DNA of 64,000 nucleotides from Nitrospirota bacterium (GCA_963740085.1 CAVUCU010000001.1:384001-448000), one strand, 5' to 3'; positions 49,663-61,135 are shown, counted from the first letter of the stretch. Notes: a model not told the origin generated them from the sequence alone. Made by a program: numbers and translations.

Positions 49663-50361
49663 TCAGTATTCATATAATATCGAAAGCTTTGCCCGTTCAT
49701 TTGTGTTAGCGACGTTTTCCGATGTCGTCTCAATTGCATAGAGATAAGGCGAAGCCACCACCGGTACTTCCCCGGTGGAACCACCACCGGTCACGCCATA
49801 TTTTTGCAAACCTGTGTCCCCTCCCGTATTACCGGAAGTCGTCGCGACTATCTTCGCATATACATTATATCTCGTCGAAGTTCCCAGTTGAATGCGCATG
49901 TCATAGGTTGAGGGAGTTGCAGGATCGATCGTGAGATCGCTGCTGCAGTTCGTCCAGGACGTAGCAGGCGACAGAAGCTTAGCCGGTAATCCGCTGTAGG
50001 TCGCGCCACTGCTCAGACCGGTGCATGCCGAGGAGGTCGTAGGCGTTATGTTTATGCCAAACGAAGTGAGGTTGTTGATAAAGGCGGTCTGATCAGAACT
50101 CGACCCTCGCAGCCCGAGGATCTGATAAAAAACATCCGCCCCCCCCCTCCCGGCTTCAAGAGCGGTTCGGTATTTTTTTTGAACACCCGATGCCTGCGTG
50201 CCGATAGTAATCATGTATATTAATGTTGTCATGACCAGAAGCGCAACCGCCGACAGTACTATGACCATGACAAGGACGACCCCTTTTTCGGAACGCAGCA
50301 GTCCGTGCCTCGCTTCCGTTCCCAATGCAACTTTCTGATTCGCATAAAAAGTTTTTTTCAT
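49663..50361 (-). CDS. pilX: PilX-like minor pilin
   Basis: EKG|VVLVMVI without Glu5; KKYRTALEA. Confidence 0.82.
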   Translation of the reverse strand: MKKTFYANQKVALGTEARHGLLRSEKGVVLVMVIVLSAVALLVMTTLIYMITIGTQASGVQKKYRTALEAGRGGADVFYQILGLRGSSSDQTAFINNLTSFGINITPTTSSACTGLSSGATYSGLPAKLLSPATSWTNCSSDLTIDPATPSTYDMRIQLGTSTRYNVYAKIVATTSGNTGGDTGLQKYGVTGGGSTGEVPVVASPYLYAIETTSENVANTNERAKLSILYEY

Positions 50362-50368
50362 GGTCACC

Positions 50369-51453
50369 TCACAGGTTCGGTCTTACAACAAGTGTATAAA
50401 CTTTCCAGCGGTAATGCTGCCAATCCGGGTCAGCGAGCGTGGCAAGGTCAAACGTTCGGCCGACCGCGTTGTTTTTCCCAACCAGTATCGTTTGCGTCGG
50501 GTGAGTGTAATTTGCGTCCCGTTGTCCCTCGTGTGCGAGAATAGAAACACGTACGATTTTTAATTGATTCCGGATCTGTTGCGCGGTAAGTGGCGTGCCA
50601 CCGAGATCTCTTAATTCCACCGCATCTGAAATATTGCCATCTCCATTTCTGTCAAGTTCATAGCTTACCTGCATGTCGGCGACGCAATCGAGCAAAGGAT
50701 ACGTATTCCCGGCGAATCCGCCGTCGCTTTGGTTAATGATCGCTTTATAAAGGACGCCTGTCCCCGACGCACACCTGCGGGGGATGGTTATGCCCGTCGT
50801 TTTCACATAATAATCGGCCCTGTTGAAAGGCATCCATAAGGGGTTAACATCAGCCGGGGCCACACCGTAAATTACTCTGGTCTCATCAGGAGAGGACAAG
50901 GCAGCCATTGCAGCAAAGGTTCCACTTGAGACCATTGTCCTGCTGTTTGCATCAGTTGACCCCGGCGAGAGGAGGATAACCCTGTCGTTATTCGCCAAAT
51001 TATTGCTTGTCGGAGTCCATGACGTTGCAATGCCGGTATTAGGCAGCGTTGTCCATTTGGAGCACGTATCGTTCTGCGCTATGTTGATCGCTTTAATGGC
51101 CAGATAGTCCGAGCCGTTCACATACCCTGCACGCCTATGTTGTCACCACTGACGATGGCCCTCGGCGGACTGTTCGTCGGAGAATCATTATAATTGGCTG
51201 CCACCGCATTGGTCGCTTCGTTATATGCTGAGCTGGGGACCCATGGCAGGCCGGACCCTGCGTTTTCTATGTCCCGCCTCAGTAGTTCAAGTGCTACGAT
51301 ACCCTCGATATTGGTCTCTGTTATCTTACTCTGCTGCTTATAGCCGCGCAACAGCCCAACGAACATATCCGAACCGATCGTCAGCACAAACCCCATGATG
51401 ACCATCGTCATTAACAATTCGAGAAGGCTGTAGCCTGCATCGCGTCTCATCAT
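50369..51453 (-). CDS. pilW: PilW-like minor pilin, frameshifted at ~51125
   Basis: AG|YSLLELL..RDIENAG.GLPW N part; NGSDYL..PFNRADYY..LDCVADMQ..YRWKVY C part. Confidence 0.8.
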
Positions 51454-51872
51454 CGTCTCCTCATTATCGTCGTTACCGTGTGGGAAAATGCGCGTCCGCC
51501 GTACGTCCATGAAACCGATATGGTTATCTGTTTGCTGTCAGCGTTTAAATCGGTTACTGTTCTGCTCGGAGCATAGGTTGTGGTAAACCCCCGAAACGTT
51601 CTCGTTTGCTGCGTATCCAGAGCATTGATTGTCGCAGTCAGGTCATTTATCGCCGGAGCAACGGGAAACGGCAAGCTCCTCAATTGATTGATCCTCATCT
51701 CGGCGACGTTCACCGCCTCATCCCGGACGACATTCTGCGCATTCGTTTTCATGCCGAGAATTGACGTCTGCATTAGAGCAAGAGAAACGACAAGCAGGAT
51801 AACAAGGGAGATCATCATCTCAATTAATGTCACGCCTTTATTATTGAACATCGCAGTTTGAGGTTGCTCCAT
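51450..51872 (-). CDS. pilV: PilV-like minor pilin
   Basis: KG|VTLIEMMISLVILLVVSLAL..RDEAV. Confidence 0.85.
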   Translation of the reverse strand: MEQPQTAMFNNKGVTLIEMMISLVILLVVSLALMQTSILGMKTNAQNVVRDEAVNVAEMRINQLRSLPFPVAPAINDLTATINALDTQQTRTFRGFTTTYAPSRTVTDLNADSKQITISVSWTYGGRAFSHTVTTIMRRR

Positions 51873-52375
51873 TCCACGCCCCCGTCCTTATCTTTGTTGC
51901 CGATATGGTGATACAATCATATGCCGCTCCGAATGATACGGCCGCCCGGATCGTCTGTTCAGGTCTCCCAACCCCGGCGACATCGACACTATACCGTTTG
52001 GATCGAAATTGATCGATGGAGTCGCGACGCCCGGTATCGTCAGCGCGTAGGCGGGCTTAAAACTCGTTATGCAATACCTGCCTGTCGGCTGGCTCGAATG
52101 TGCCATTGCCGTCCGGGCCCGGGGTTTGTATCTTCATAGACCGTATACTGCGTAGCCGTCGGCGTCGGGCTGAAGACTGCAAAATACGTCCTCTTTCTCT
52201 GCATGGCGCTGGCCTGCGCATTCATTAAATCAACATGGCCGTTTTATCTCGCTTTCAACCCGGTATCTATCCAGCCATGCTTTACCGGAGATGCCGGCGA
52301 TGAGCAAGCAGGATGCTGATGATGAGCCACTACGATAATGAGCTCGATCAATGTGAATCCTTTGTTATTCATCAT
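51841..52375 (-). CDS. FimU-like minor pilin with several frameshifts
   Basis: MMNNKG|FTLIELIIVV at 52375, DLMNA..AMQRKR, ends GAWNGATSNCDVQ* at 51841. Confidence 0.7.
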
Positions 52376-55300
52376 TTCTTCATCTTTCCCGTATATGGAG
52401 CACCTTTTTTATCGGAGATGGTGACGACATGATGGACAAACCCTGAGCCGTCGGCGGCACACCTTCCATGGAGATCGCCAGACCTTCTTCCCTGTTTGTC
52501 TGTAAAAGCAGTCGCCAGATTCAACTGTTCGATGCTGCCCGTGGAAACCTGAATCAAAGCCGTCCCTTGCAATAAAGAGTTGGGGTCAGCGCCACCCGTG
52601 TCATATTTAACCGCCCATATGGCGCTATTGCCTCCGCTGGTGCATATATCGTCATAAGGCTTTAATGTGGTGAAAAACACAAGCCCCGCAGAAGTCGACA
52701 GAGGGTTCGTTATAACGCGTTCTGTCTTATAATATGCGCTTGCATCTGAACATGCAACCGACGTTCCTGCCGTAGTTGTGCAATCATCCAGCGATATTTT
52801 CCAGCCTTCATCATCAGTGACACCGGCTGTCGTTGTAGTGGCAACGGTTGCCAGTTGGCTTGCGGTAAAAAGATTTCCGGTGCCGGCCAGACACGAAGCA
52901 AGGAAGTGTCCTGCATCAAAACACGGGTCCTTCAGACCGTACAGATATCTCACCTTATCAGAATCGTCTATGGTAGTGCTCAAATTTATAGAAATATCTT
53001 CCGGTGCCGAAATAAACCCAGAGTTTCCCCGTCTTTGTGTCCTGGATCCTCACCGTTGACGAGGTAACAGGACCCGCGTTATCAATAACCGTGCTGTATT
53101 GCCAGTTGTCAGGGTTGAGGGCGGTACTTCCTCCGCTTGAGCCGCTTACATTACTGCCTGCAAGGTCTTCATTGGTAAGAAGCCTCAGAACGCCGCCATT
53201 ATTCCACTTGCCGGCTGCGCTGTCACATATGGCAGCAGTATCGCCGGCGACACATTTTCTTTCTACATACGGTATATAGATAACGTCATCCTGATAATCG
53301 CGATCGATGTCATGCGTTGCACCGAGCATAGAGCCTGCAAAGGCATTGCTAACCTTAACAAACTGGTGTCTATTGTTCGAGCGGGGATCCGGTTTTCAGA
53401 TCAAGGATGAACAGCTTCAGGGGCTGGTCCGAATTTCCCAAGAACTGTTTCTCCCCTGTGTCTATTTTTTCCTGTAGGTCCGGAACCGAAAACGACGAAC
53501 CATCTCCCGTTAGTCGTCTTAGGATCATCAACGGTGCTTGAGCTTCCGCTTGCAGTTCTCGAACCTATTCGCACCACAGCAGGGCCTGAAGCTGCGAATC
53601 CAAGATCAGGATTGCTAAATTCCCAGAGAAGTTGAGGATTGTATGGATCTGTTATGTCAAGGGCGAAATAGGACGAATATACCTTGGCCTGCTACCGGCA
53701 CTTTAACTCCCTGGGCGCCCGCATAGGTCGTAGCTTTGCACGCTCCCCCATATCTCATGCCACCGATAAGAATTGATCTCCATGTATTCACGTCTTTCGG
53801 GCAATTCCAATAATTTACCTCTGAGCATGACCCAATGCTCGCATCAAAAATAAACGGGGCAAGGTCAACGGAATTAACATGGCAGTAAGATGTGTCATAC
53901 ATATACTTCAGGTACGGCATACATTTTCGGGATAAATGCCCAATCTCCTCTCCAAGATCAGTGTCGCTCGTGCACGCGCCTGAAGGACAAATCGAAGTAA
54001 CAACAAAAGCCGTGCTGGAAAATCGCGCAGTCTTTACCCTATGTTGCCATTTGAGTCGCTGTTTACTTTTCCACCTGCAATCCCAGTCCCGAGTTTGAAG
54101 GCATGGAGCATTCCGTCGTTCGCGCCGACAAAGACCATGCCCTGATTTTTATAGCGGCGGTGGATAAAATCGGCAGGGTCGAGCCGACATCATTGACGAA
54201 ATCATCATACGATAAATCTTTATAAATCTCGTATTTATTCAATCGCGCCGACGAGGCGATTTGAGGCGTTGAATTTATAATGTCGCTGACTTCCAGACCT
54301 TCGGGCCTTCACCGGCGTCCAGGACGTTGCTGTCTCCGTTTAAATCGACCGATACTGTACGCGATCTGAAACGATGCCCGAACAGGTTGCCGGACTGGTA
54401 CAGCCCGAGTCCTGGAGGCATGGAGTTGACGTACCTGTACAGAACTTGTCATAACCGCTGACATAACTTATTGTTTTGGATGCCGCTGTATCATCGGCAG
54501 CCTGCAGGGCGGTTTTCATGATCGTCTTATCACCTGCTGAAAGGGCATTAAACGCGGTTGTGGAAAAACTAACAGATTCCCCTGCGTCAAAAACCCCGTT
54601 ACTATTTTTATCAATCCATGTTGTGATTGTTCTCGGAGAAGAAGAAAGATCCCTGCTCCGCAGGTGCGGCCCTGCGTTCCAGAGATTCCCGAGGTTTTCA
54701 AAATCAATAGTGTCAATCTGGGATCCCGGGGCGCCGGTGCCTGACGTGTGGGAACGACTATGTTCTTGGCTTTTTGGTCGGTGGCATCGAAATAGAGCTG
54801 TAATATATAATCCTTTTGATTTGGAGATCCATCAGCTAACAGATTTAATATATAATCCTTTGGTTCAGAAGTTGTCCCACCTTCTTCTCGTATGTTGCTG
54901 AATGAAAAATAAGGGTCAACATAGTACCAAAGGTTTTGCATCGAACCTATCCAGTTGACTTCAGCATCACCGAACTGTCTCTTTGGATAGTAGGTCGCCT
55001 GAATAAGGTTCGCTCCGCTGCCCTCTCCCGAGGCAAGGACCGAGGCTGCTGTTCCCGAGGTTACACGCCTCAAAATATCCGATATTGCGTTCGTGATGCT
55101 GGCTTGAAGTTCATAACCGTCCTCTCCCTCGTAGTAGGTAAGGGGGTCGTCAAATTTACATATGCCGGGCGACGTACAATTGGAATCGGTCGTACAAGCA
55201 ACGCTATCTTTCTGTTGCTGGCTGATCGTGATTGCAGGACATGCCCATTGGTATCCTTATAACATTCTTTCGGGCTTGTTGAACAGTCAAGCTTATTATT

Positions 55301-57168
55301 GTTGTTCAGATCATTGAACCCTCCGTATAGGGCTGCGTCCTTCAATAACGTGGAGCCCTTGCCGAACATGAAAACGGTATAAAGGTTTATGTTTTGCTTT
55401 CCCGGTATACACTGAGCAAAAGACGTTGAAACAGCTGTACACGTGCCGGGACGCATGTCGTTCGTCCTCATCCAGTAGGCCACGTCAATCAGGTAATCCG
55501 TCCCGCTTGACGCATAGGTGGTCCCGATACTGGTTCCGGCAAATCTGGGGTTGGGGTTGTTCGGAGAACCTCCTTTACCAGAACACGCTTTAATATTGGT
55601 CAGGGTACAGGCAGAATAGGGTGATGATGTAGATGTTCCTGGCATACCCTGATCCATCGTGGATTCACCATCGGTCAGGAACAAGATAAATGACTTTGCG
55701 CAGGGAACATACCGGTCAGCGAGACCGGTACCCAGGGAGGAGTACTTATAATAATAGGGATCATAGTTAATACCTGTCTGATAATCAGCAGGCGAATTGG
55801 AATAATATGGCGAATCCTGCCTGAAATACCTTGTCATCTCGTACAACGTCTCGCCCAGAGGCGTCCATGTGCTGGGGGTCATACCCGCAATAGAGGTGAT
55901 CATGCTCGTCTTGGCGCCAAAATCTACATAGGTGTCTACTTTTCCACCATCACTGCTGTCTGCATAATAAGCCAGTCCGAACCGTACATCCCCACCTAAG
56001 GTGTCAATAATCCCTGTGGCATCTTGATTCCCCATGTCAACAATAGTATTAAACGGTCCGCCGGTAGGAACGGCAACTGATATATTTAGATAGACCTGCG
56101 TTATACGGGGGTATTTGGAGGTATACGTATCGTCAGCCCTAACTCCGAAACCCGATAAGCTCCCTATTCCAGAGGACTTGATGTCATTCCAGGCCCAGGG
56201 TAGTCCTGTCGCAGGGTTGCTTTCCCATGTAAACGAATAGGTATCATATGAAGTGCCGAGACTGGACGTGCTTGACTCATAATCCACACCGCCTATCCTG
56301 AGAACCCCTCGGATCTTTCTTGTACTCCCGCTGGCTGTTTTCTCTGCCGTTACGTTTACTGTAACAGTAATGATGCCGGCGGGTTTGCTCTGGGTATAAT
56401 CGTAATCCAGGATAACGGGGCTTGTGGTATTGTTGTTCTGTATATAGGTCGAATTACCGTCTGACGATGTCTCATCCACCTTCGTCCACGCAACTAATAA
56501 ACCGGACACGGGGTACTCGCTCCATCCCGCGGGGACGCTGATGTCACCGTTTGGACGAGTATCAAATGTAGTAGACCCGCTGGCAAGAGGCGTTACGTCC
56601 AGATTATCACTCGACCTCTTAAAACGGTAATTCCCCACAAAGGGATATATCAGGTTTCCCGCGCTGGTATTATAGTCTTTCTGAAAATTCCAACTCGATC
56701 CGCAGGCGCTTTCGCCGGTGAGTTTAACCGAAACGCTGCCGTTCCATGAGCGCGGATTTCCCTTGCCGCCTATCAGGAGCTTTTTTGCAACTTCAACTCT
56801 TCGCATCGTTGCCCAGTTAAGAAAACTTCCATTCGCAATCGGATTGGAGACAGTGCCGGTGGTCATGGCATCCGTTGTCTGCTCCATCGGCCGCTTCCGG
56901 TATATTGATAGTTCTTTGAGCCGTCGAAATATCCATAGTATTGACCATTTGCAAACTGGGCGGGGTTATAACTGCCCGCGTATGCCTGGTCGCACATGCT
57001 GCCTGAATTGTCAAGCACGATAAGGACGTTCGGTGGAATGCTCTGGGCCAGAAACGGTGGAGTGACACAGTAGTCGTTCATCGCGCCCTGAGCAGGAGTG
57101 ATCAGCGTAACGATACAGAGAATTATGAGCGGTAAATAAATCTTGAGTATATTTTTATTGAGTGCCAT
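52372..57168 (-). CDS. pilY1: PilY1 pilus tip adhesin (vWA + beta-propeller) broken into six or more ORF pieces
   Basis: Signal + [19 protein letters not shown] (MIDAS), [50 protein letters not shown]. Confidence 0.85.
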
Positions 57169-57527
57169 GGCCGTCTCCTATTGAGGAATTTCTTTATAAA
57201 AAGAATCACAAAACCTCCGGTTGTCTGCTCGTATTCAAATTGAACATAACGTGAAGGGAGAAGATCGCTCAGTAATATGTGGTACCCCTTGTAGTCTTGA
57301 ATAATAACGGATCTGGACAAAAGATAACCCTTATCATTAATGATCACCGTTCCATCGTCTTCAACCGACGTTAACATACCAGAAGCTTTAACCTTTCCAG
57401 CTGCATGGACATCCAAGCTTACGGCTAAGACGAACATCATGAAACACGCTAAAAATAAGAGGCTGTATTTCTTCATTGTGCAGATATCGATCTTGTTTAC
57501 TGTTATTCTATTCATTATCATGATCAA
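57123..57527 (-). CDS. Small exported protein heading the pilY1 operon
   Basis: Signal peptide, beta-rich DDGTVIINDKGY; true end probably IKEIPQ* at ~57178 (one A missing). Confidence 0.65.
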   Translation of the reverse strand: MIMIMNRITVNKIDICTMKKYSLLFLACFMMFVLAVSLDVHAAGKVKASGMLTSVEDDGTVIINDKGYLLSRSVIIQDYKGYHILLSDLLPSRYVQFEYEQTTGGFVILFIKKFLNRRRPWHSIKIYSRFIYRS

Positions 57528-57562
57528 TCCTCCTTATCACTTATGTTGTCGTCAGAATAGAA

Positions 57563-57578
57563 TGCAATACCTATACCA
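57563..57578 (-). promoter_or_regulatory. sigma54 promoter of the pilY1 operon
   Basis: TGGTAT-AGGTA-TTGCA; IHF-like TTTCAGTTGGTTA at 57595-57607; palindrome TGTAATGCGTTACA at 57651-57664. Confidence 0.7.
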
Positions 57579-57834
57579 TTAAATTACCGATAAGTTTCAG
57601 TTGGTTACTCGCATGAAATTAATACTATTGGAAAAATTAATGCTCAGGTATGTAATGCGTTACACAGTAACAGAGAGCATATTGCTCGACGGAGAATTAT
57701 AGACGTTTGAATGGGTCAAGCGAGGGAAATATCTTCAAGTCTGATCTCAAATCCGCACAGGATGCCAGATTTGACAACTCCCTTATCCGATATGCTGCTG
57801 GTTCTCAACACGAATGCGTCCTCGTGAGTACCTT

Positions 57835-58717
57835 TCAACTCACCACGATCCCCGCATACCCGACCACCTGCTCATAATCGCCGCTCACATCGCCGGAGTT
57901 CGTGTATTTGATGAGTTCCGCCTTGGCAGCGCCGAGGAGTTTGCAGGCGACAAGCATGGACACGGCAGGTCCATAACCGCACATAGTGATGCCGTATTCT
58001 TTGACCGCACGATACAGACCTTCGGGGTCGAGGTTTCGGAACTGGTGGATGGCTTTGAAGTCCTTTTCTTTTCGCCGTCGCCCGTTCATAGTGGCTCATG
58101 TCGGAACTCGCGATGATGAGGACGTCCCGGGAAGTTCGGGGTCCGGAGTTCGGTGTTCGGAGTTTACTATGATCTTCTCCCTGACCCCTGACCCCTGGCC
58201 CCTGACCTCTGTCTTTTATCGCTTCCGCCACCGCCTTTCCCACCTCGTTACATGTTTCGAGCCTCGTGTCAAGCATTTGTATCGGGACGATCTTGAACTC
58301 TCTCTTAAACTGCTGGATAAAGGGAAGCTGTACCTCAAGGGAGTGCTCGCGAAGGTGGGCAAGGGAATCTTCACTGATGCGCGTGGACTTTGAAAGGATC
58401 GAGGCGGCCAAAGATTCGTCGATCTCGACCAAGCCGAGCGGCGTCTCCCATTGTCCGGCGGCCATGAGGGAAACCGGTGCACCGAGACCGGTGTGGTTCG
58501 GCCCGATGAGCACAAAGGTATCCGGCAGTTCGATCCGTGAGTACACTGCCCCGGCTACCGATCCTGAATACATCAAACCCGCATGGGGAGATATGATGCC
58601 GAGGGCTTTTGTTTTTGCAACACCGGGCACGATGAACTCCCGGACCTGCTTTATAAGCGCCTCGGGAGAGCCTTTGTAAAACTGTCCTGCTACAGCCGGA
58701 TGACGACGCACAGACAC
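57835..58717 (-). CDS. amrB: AmmeMemoRadiSam system protein B (MEMO1 family), frameshifted at ~58080
   Basis: PAVAGQFY, PHAG.MYSG, GPNHTG, EHSLEVQLPF, ASSDMSHY, ITMCGYGP, SGD..VVGYA. Confidence 0.9.
58131..58210. repeat. Heptamer-periodic hairpin inserted in frame in amrB
   Basis: Coding strand has GGGGTCA-like x4 then ACTCCGA-like x4; encodes RGQGPGVRGQGEDHSKLRTPNSGPRT. Confidence 0.75.
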
Positions 58718-58744
58718 CTCCGATGAGCTGACAGACGGCTAAGT

Positions 58745-58879
58745 AACGATGAACGATGGACGGCCGTTCTCTTGAACTGACTGATGGAAACAACGGACGA
58801 CCGCTCACTTCGTTCGCCGGGAAGATGGACAAAAAAACTTTTGCGTCTCTCGTCTCCCTTCTCTCAGGCGTTCTTCTCC
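58745..58879. repeat. Heptamer-periodic degenerate hairpin
   Basis: AACGATG AACGATG GACGG..CGCTCACTTCGTTCGC.. versus CGTCTCT CGTCTCC CTTCTCT. Confidence 0.5.
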
Positions 58880-58880
58880 A

Positions 58881-59663
58881 TTACAAAGCGAATTTGACTT
58901 TTTCAATCGTGTTTTTCACGCGCTGTTCGTGGTAGTTATGCAGGACCTGCCTGATCCGGGGGCTCTTGCCGATCATTTCATTAAGATCATTCTCAGCCAC
59001 ATCAAGCACGTCCGATTCCTCGACGGTCTCAACGGTCGCGGTTCTTGGCTTGCCCGTAAGGAACGCGATCTCGCCGAAGAAATCGCTGACATGGAGGGCT
59101 GCCAGTTCCATTCTCTTCCCCCCGATGGTGGAAAAGACCTTAACGGATCCGCGGGTAAGGATAAAGACCGACCTGCCCGTGTCCCCTTCATTGATGATAG
59201 GCTTGCCCGGCGATATCGTATGAATGATCATGCGCTTGGTGAACTCATTGAACTCTTCCCGGGTAAAGTCGGAGAAGAGCGGAATAACGCTTCTGGTCGG
59301 CTCCTTTGTTCCGATCTCGATCGGCTCGAGCTTCAACTCGGTGATCGTCTTGTTGGAATGGAGCGATTCAATTTTCTCCTGGGCGTCTTTGCTCGTTGGA
59401 TCGAGCCTGAGCGCCAGCTTGTATAGCGCAAGGGCTTTGACCACGAACCCGTCGTCGGCGTACAGATCCGCGGCGTGGATATACTCCTTGACAGCCTCTG
59501 TCTTCTGGCCGAGCTTCTGTCGCGCGTCGCCGATCCGCACCCGTACCATCGGGTCGGGGTCAAGAGCGAAGAGCTTTTCCATCTCCCGTATAGCTGAATT
59601 CCAATCGGCTTTTCTCAGGAATTTTTGTACATGTTCGCTGATCGACGCTTTTTCCGAAGCCAC
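58881..59663 (-). CDS. TPR + cyclic nucleotide-binding domain protein
   Basis: N-terminal TPR-like helices; EGDTG, FFGEIAFLTGKPRTATV cNMP motif. Confidence 0.88.
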   Translation of the reverse strand: MASEKASISEHVQKFLRKADWNSAIREMEKLFALDPDPMVRVRIGDARQKLGQKTEAVKEYIHAADLYADDGFVVKALALYKLALRLDPTSKDAQEKIESLHSNKTITELKLEPIEIGTKEPTRSVIPLFSDFTREEFNEFTKRMIIHTISPGKPIINEGDTGRSVFILTRGSVKVFSTIGGKRMELAALHVSDFFGEIAFLTGKPRTATVETVEESDVLDVAENDLNEMIGKSPRIRQVLHNYHEQRVKNTIEKVKFAL

Positions 59664-59715
59664 GGAAAACCTCCCTGTGAAAGCTTACAGCGTAAACGGA
59701 AAAATATGTAATACC

Positions 59716-61104
59716 CTAAAACGCCCGCTTCTCCGCGTTTTCAAACCTCGTGTACCGGTTGACGAACGTCAGGTCCACTTTGCCGATCGGTCCATTTCTC
59801 TGCTTCCCGATGATCACCTCGGCCTTTCCCCTCTGGCCGCACAGGCATTCTCCATCGTAGGGGCATTCACACTTATTATAGACCTCATCACGATAGATGA
59901 ATAATATCACGTCCGCGTCCTGTTCAATGGCGCCGGATTCGCGAAGGTCAGCGAGCATGGGTCTTTTTTCCTTGCCGGGCCTCGTTTCCACCGCGCGGTT
60001 CAGCTGCGAGAGGGCAATGACCGGGACCTGGAGCTCCTTGGCGAGCGCCTTGAGGGAGCGTGAGATATTTGAAATTTCCTGCTCGCGGCTGCCCTCGTCT
60101 CCTCTGCCGCGCATGAGCTGCAGATAGTCGACGATGACAAGGTCCAGCCCCTGGTCGGCCTTCAGCCTGCGGGCCTTGGCCCGCGTCTCGAGCACCGAGA
60201 TCGCGGCGGTATCATCGATAAAGATCGGCGCATCCGCCAGCTTGCCCGCAGCGCTGGAGAGCGGCGACCAGTCGCGTTCCGACAAGTGACCGGTCCGCAG
60301 TTTATGCGCGTCCACTCGCGACTCGGAACCGAGCATGCGGAGCACAAGCTGTTCCTTGGACATTTCGAGGCTGAAGATCGCCACCGACTTTCCCTTTTCG
60401 ATCGCGGCGTAGGCCGCGATGTTCAGGCAGAATGCCGTCTTGCCCATGGACGGCCTGCCCGCAACGATGATCAGGTCGCTCTGCTGAAACCCCGAGGTCC
60501 TCTCGTCCAGGTCCAGGAAGCCGGTCGCGAGGCCGGTGACCATCTCTTTCTTCTCATAAAGCCGTTCCACGATCGCGAAGCTGTGTCCTACGATGTTCTT
60601 CATGGAAACAAAGGAATCCTTGATCTTGCCCTGTGCTATCTCGAAGATCGATTTCTCGGCACGGTCCAGAAGTTCATCGATATTGACCACGGTCCGCGAG
60701 TCTTCATAGCTCTGGGTGATGATATCGGTGGCGGAGTGGATGAGCTTGCGAAGAACGGCCTTCTCGCGCACGATCCGCGCGTGGTGCTTGATGTTCGCAG
60801 CAGTGGGAACGAGGCTCACGAGCGTTGCGAGGTATGACGCACCCCCCACCGCCTCGAGCCCGGTCTTGCCGCGGAGCGCGTCCGACAGCGTTACGAGGTC
60901 GATCGCGTCCCCGGTCTCCAGCATGTCGCGCATGACGGTGAAAATCCTGCGATGCGTGTCCTTGTAGAAATCATCGGGAGAAAGAATTTCGATGACTTTA
61001 TTGATGGAGTCGTTCTCGATCAGGATGGCTCCGAGCACCATCTGTTCGGCTTCGATATTTTGCGGGGGGAGTTTTTGAAGAGAAGCTTCGGTCTGAACGG
61101 ACAT
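59716..61104 (-). CDS. dnaB: Replicative DNA helicase
   Basis: PPQNIEAE, GRPSMGKT, SLEMS, VDYLQL, LSQLNR, DLRESGAIEQDAD, KQRNG. Confidence 0.98.
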   Translation of the reverse strand: MSVQTEASLQKLPPQNIEAEQMVLGAILIENDSINKVIEILSPDDFYKDTHRRIFTVMRDMLETGDAIDLVTLSDALRGKTGLEAVGGASYLATLVSLVPTAANIKHHARIVREKAVLRKLIHSATDIITQSYEDSRTVVNIDELLDRAEKSIFEIAQGKIKDSFVSMKNIVGHSFAIVERLYEKKEMVTGLATGFLDLDERTSGFQQSDLIIVAGRPSMGKTAFCLNIAAYAAIEKGKSVAIFSLEMSKEQLVLRMLGSESRVDAHKLRTGHLSERDWSPLSSAAGKLADAPIFIDDTAAISVLETRAKARRLKADQGLDLVIVDYLQLMRGRGDEGSREQEISNISRSLKALAKELQVPVIALSQLNRAVETRPGKEKRPMLADLRESGAIEQDADVILFIYRDEVYNKCECPYDGECLCGQRGKAEVIIGKQRNGPIGKVDLTFVNRYTRFENAEKRAF

Positions 61105-61135
61105 GACAGAACCTCGCGAAGGGAAAAAGAAAAAA

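Noticed and set aside
52372-57168. Diversity-generating retroelement or programmed frameshifting acting on pilY1
   Set aside because: No reverse transcriptase, no TR/VR pair, and the breaks share no common slippery motif
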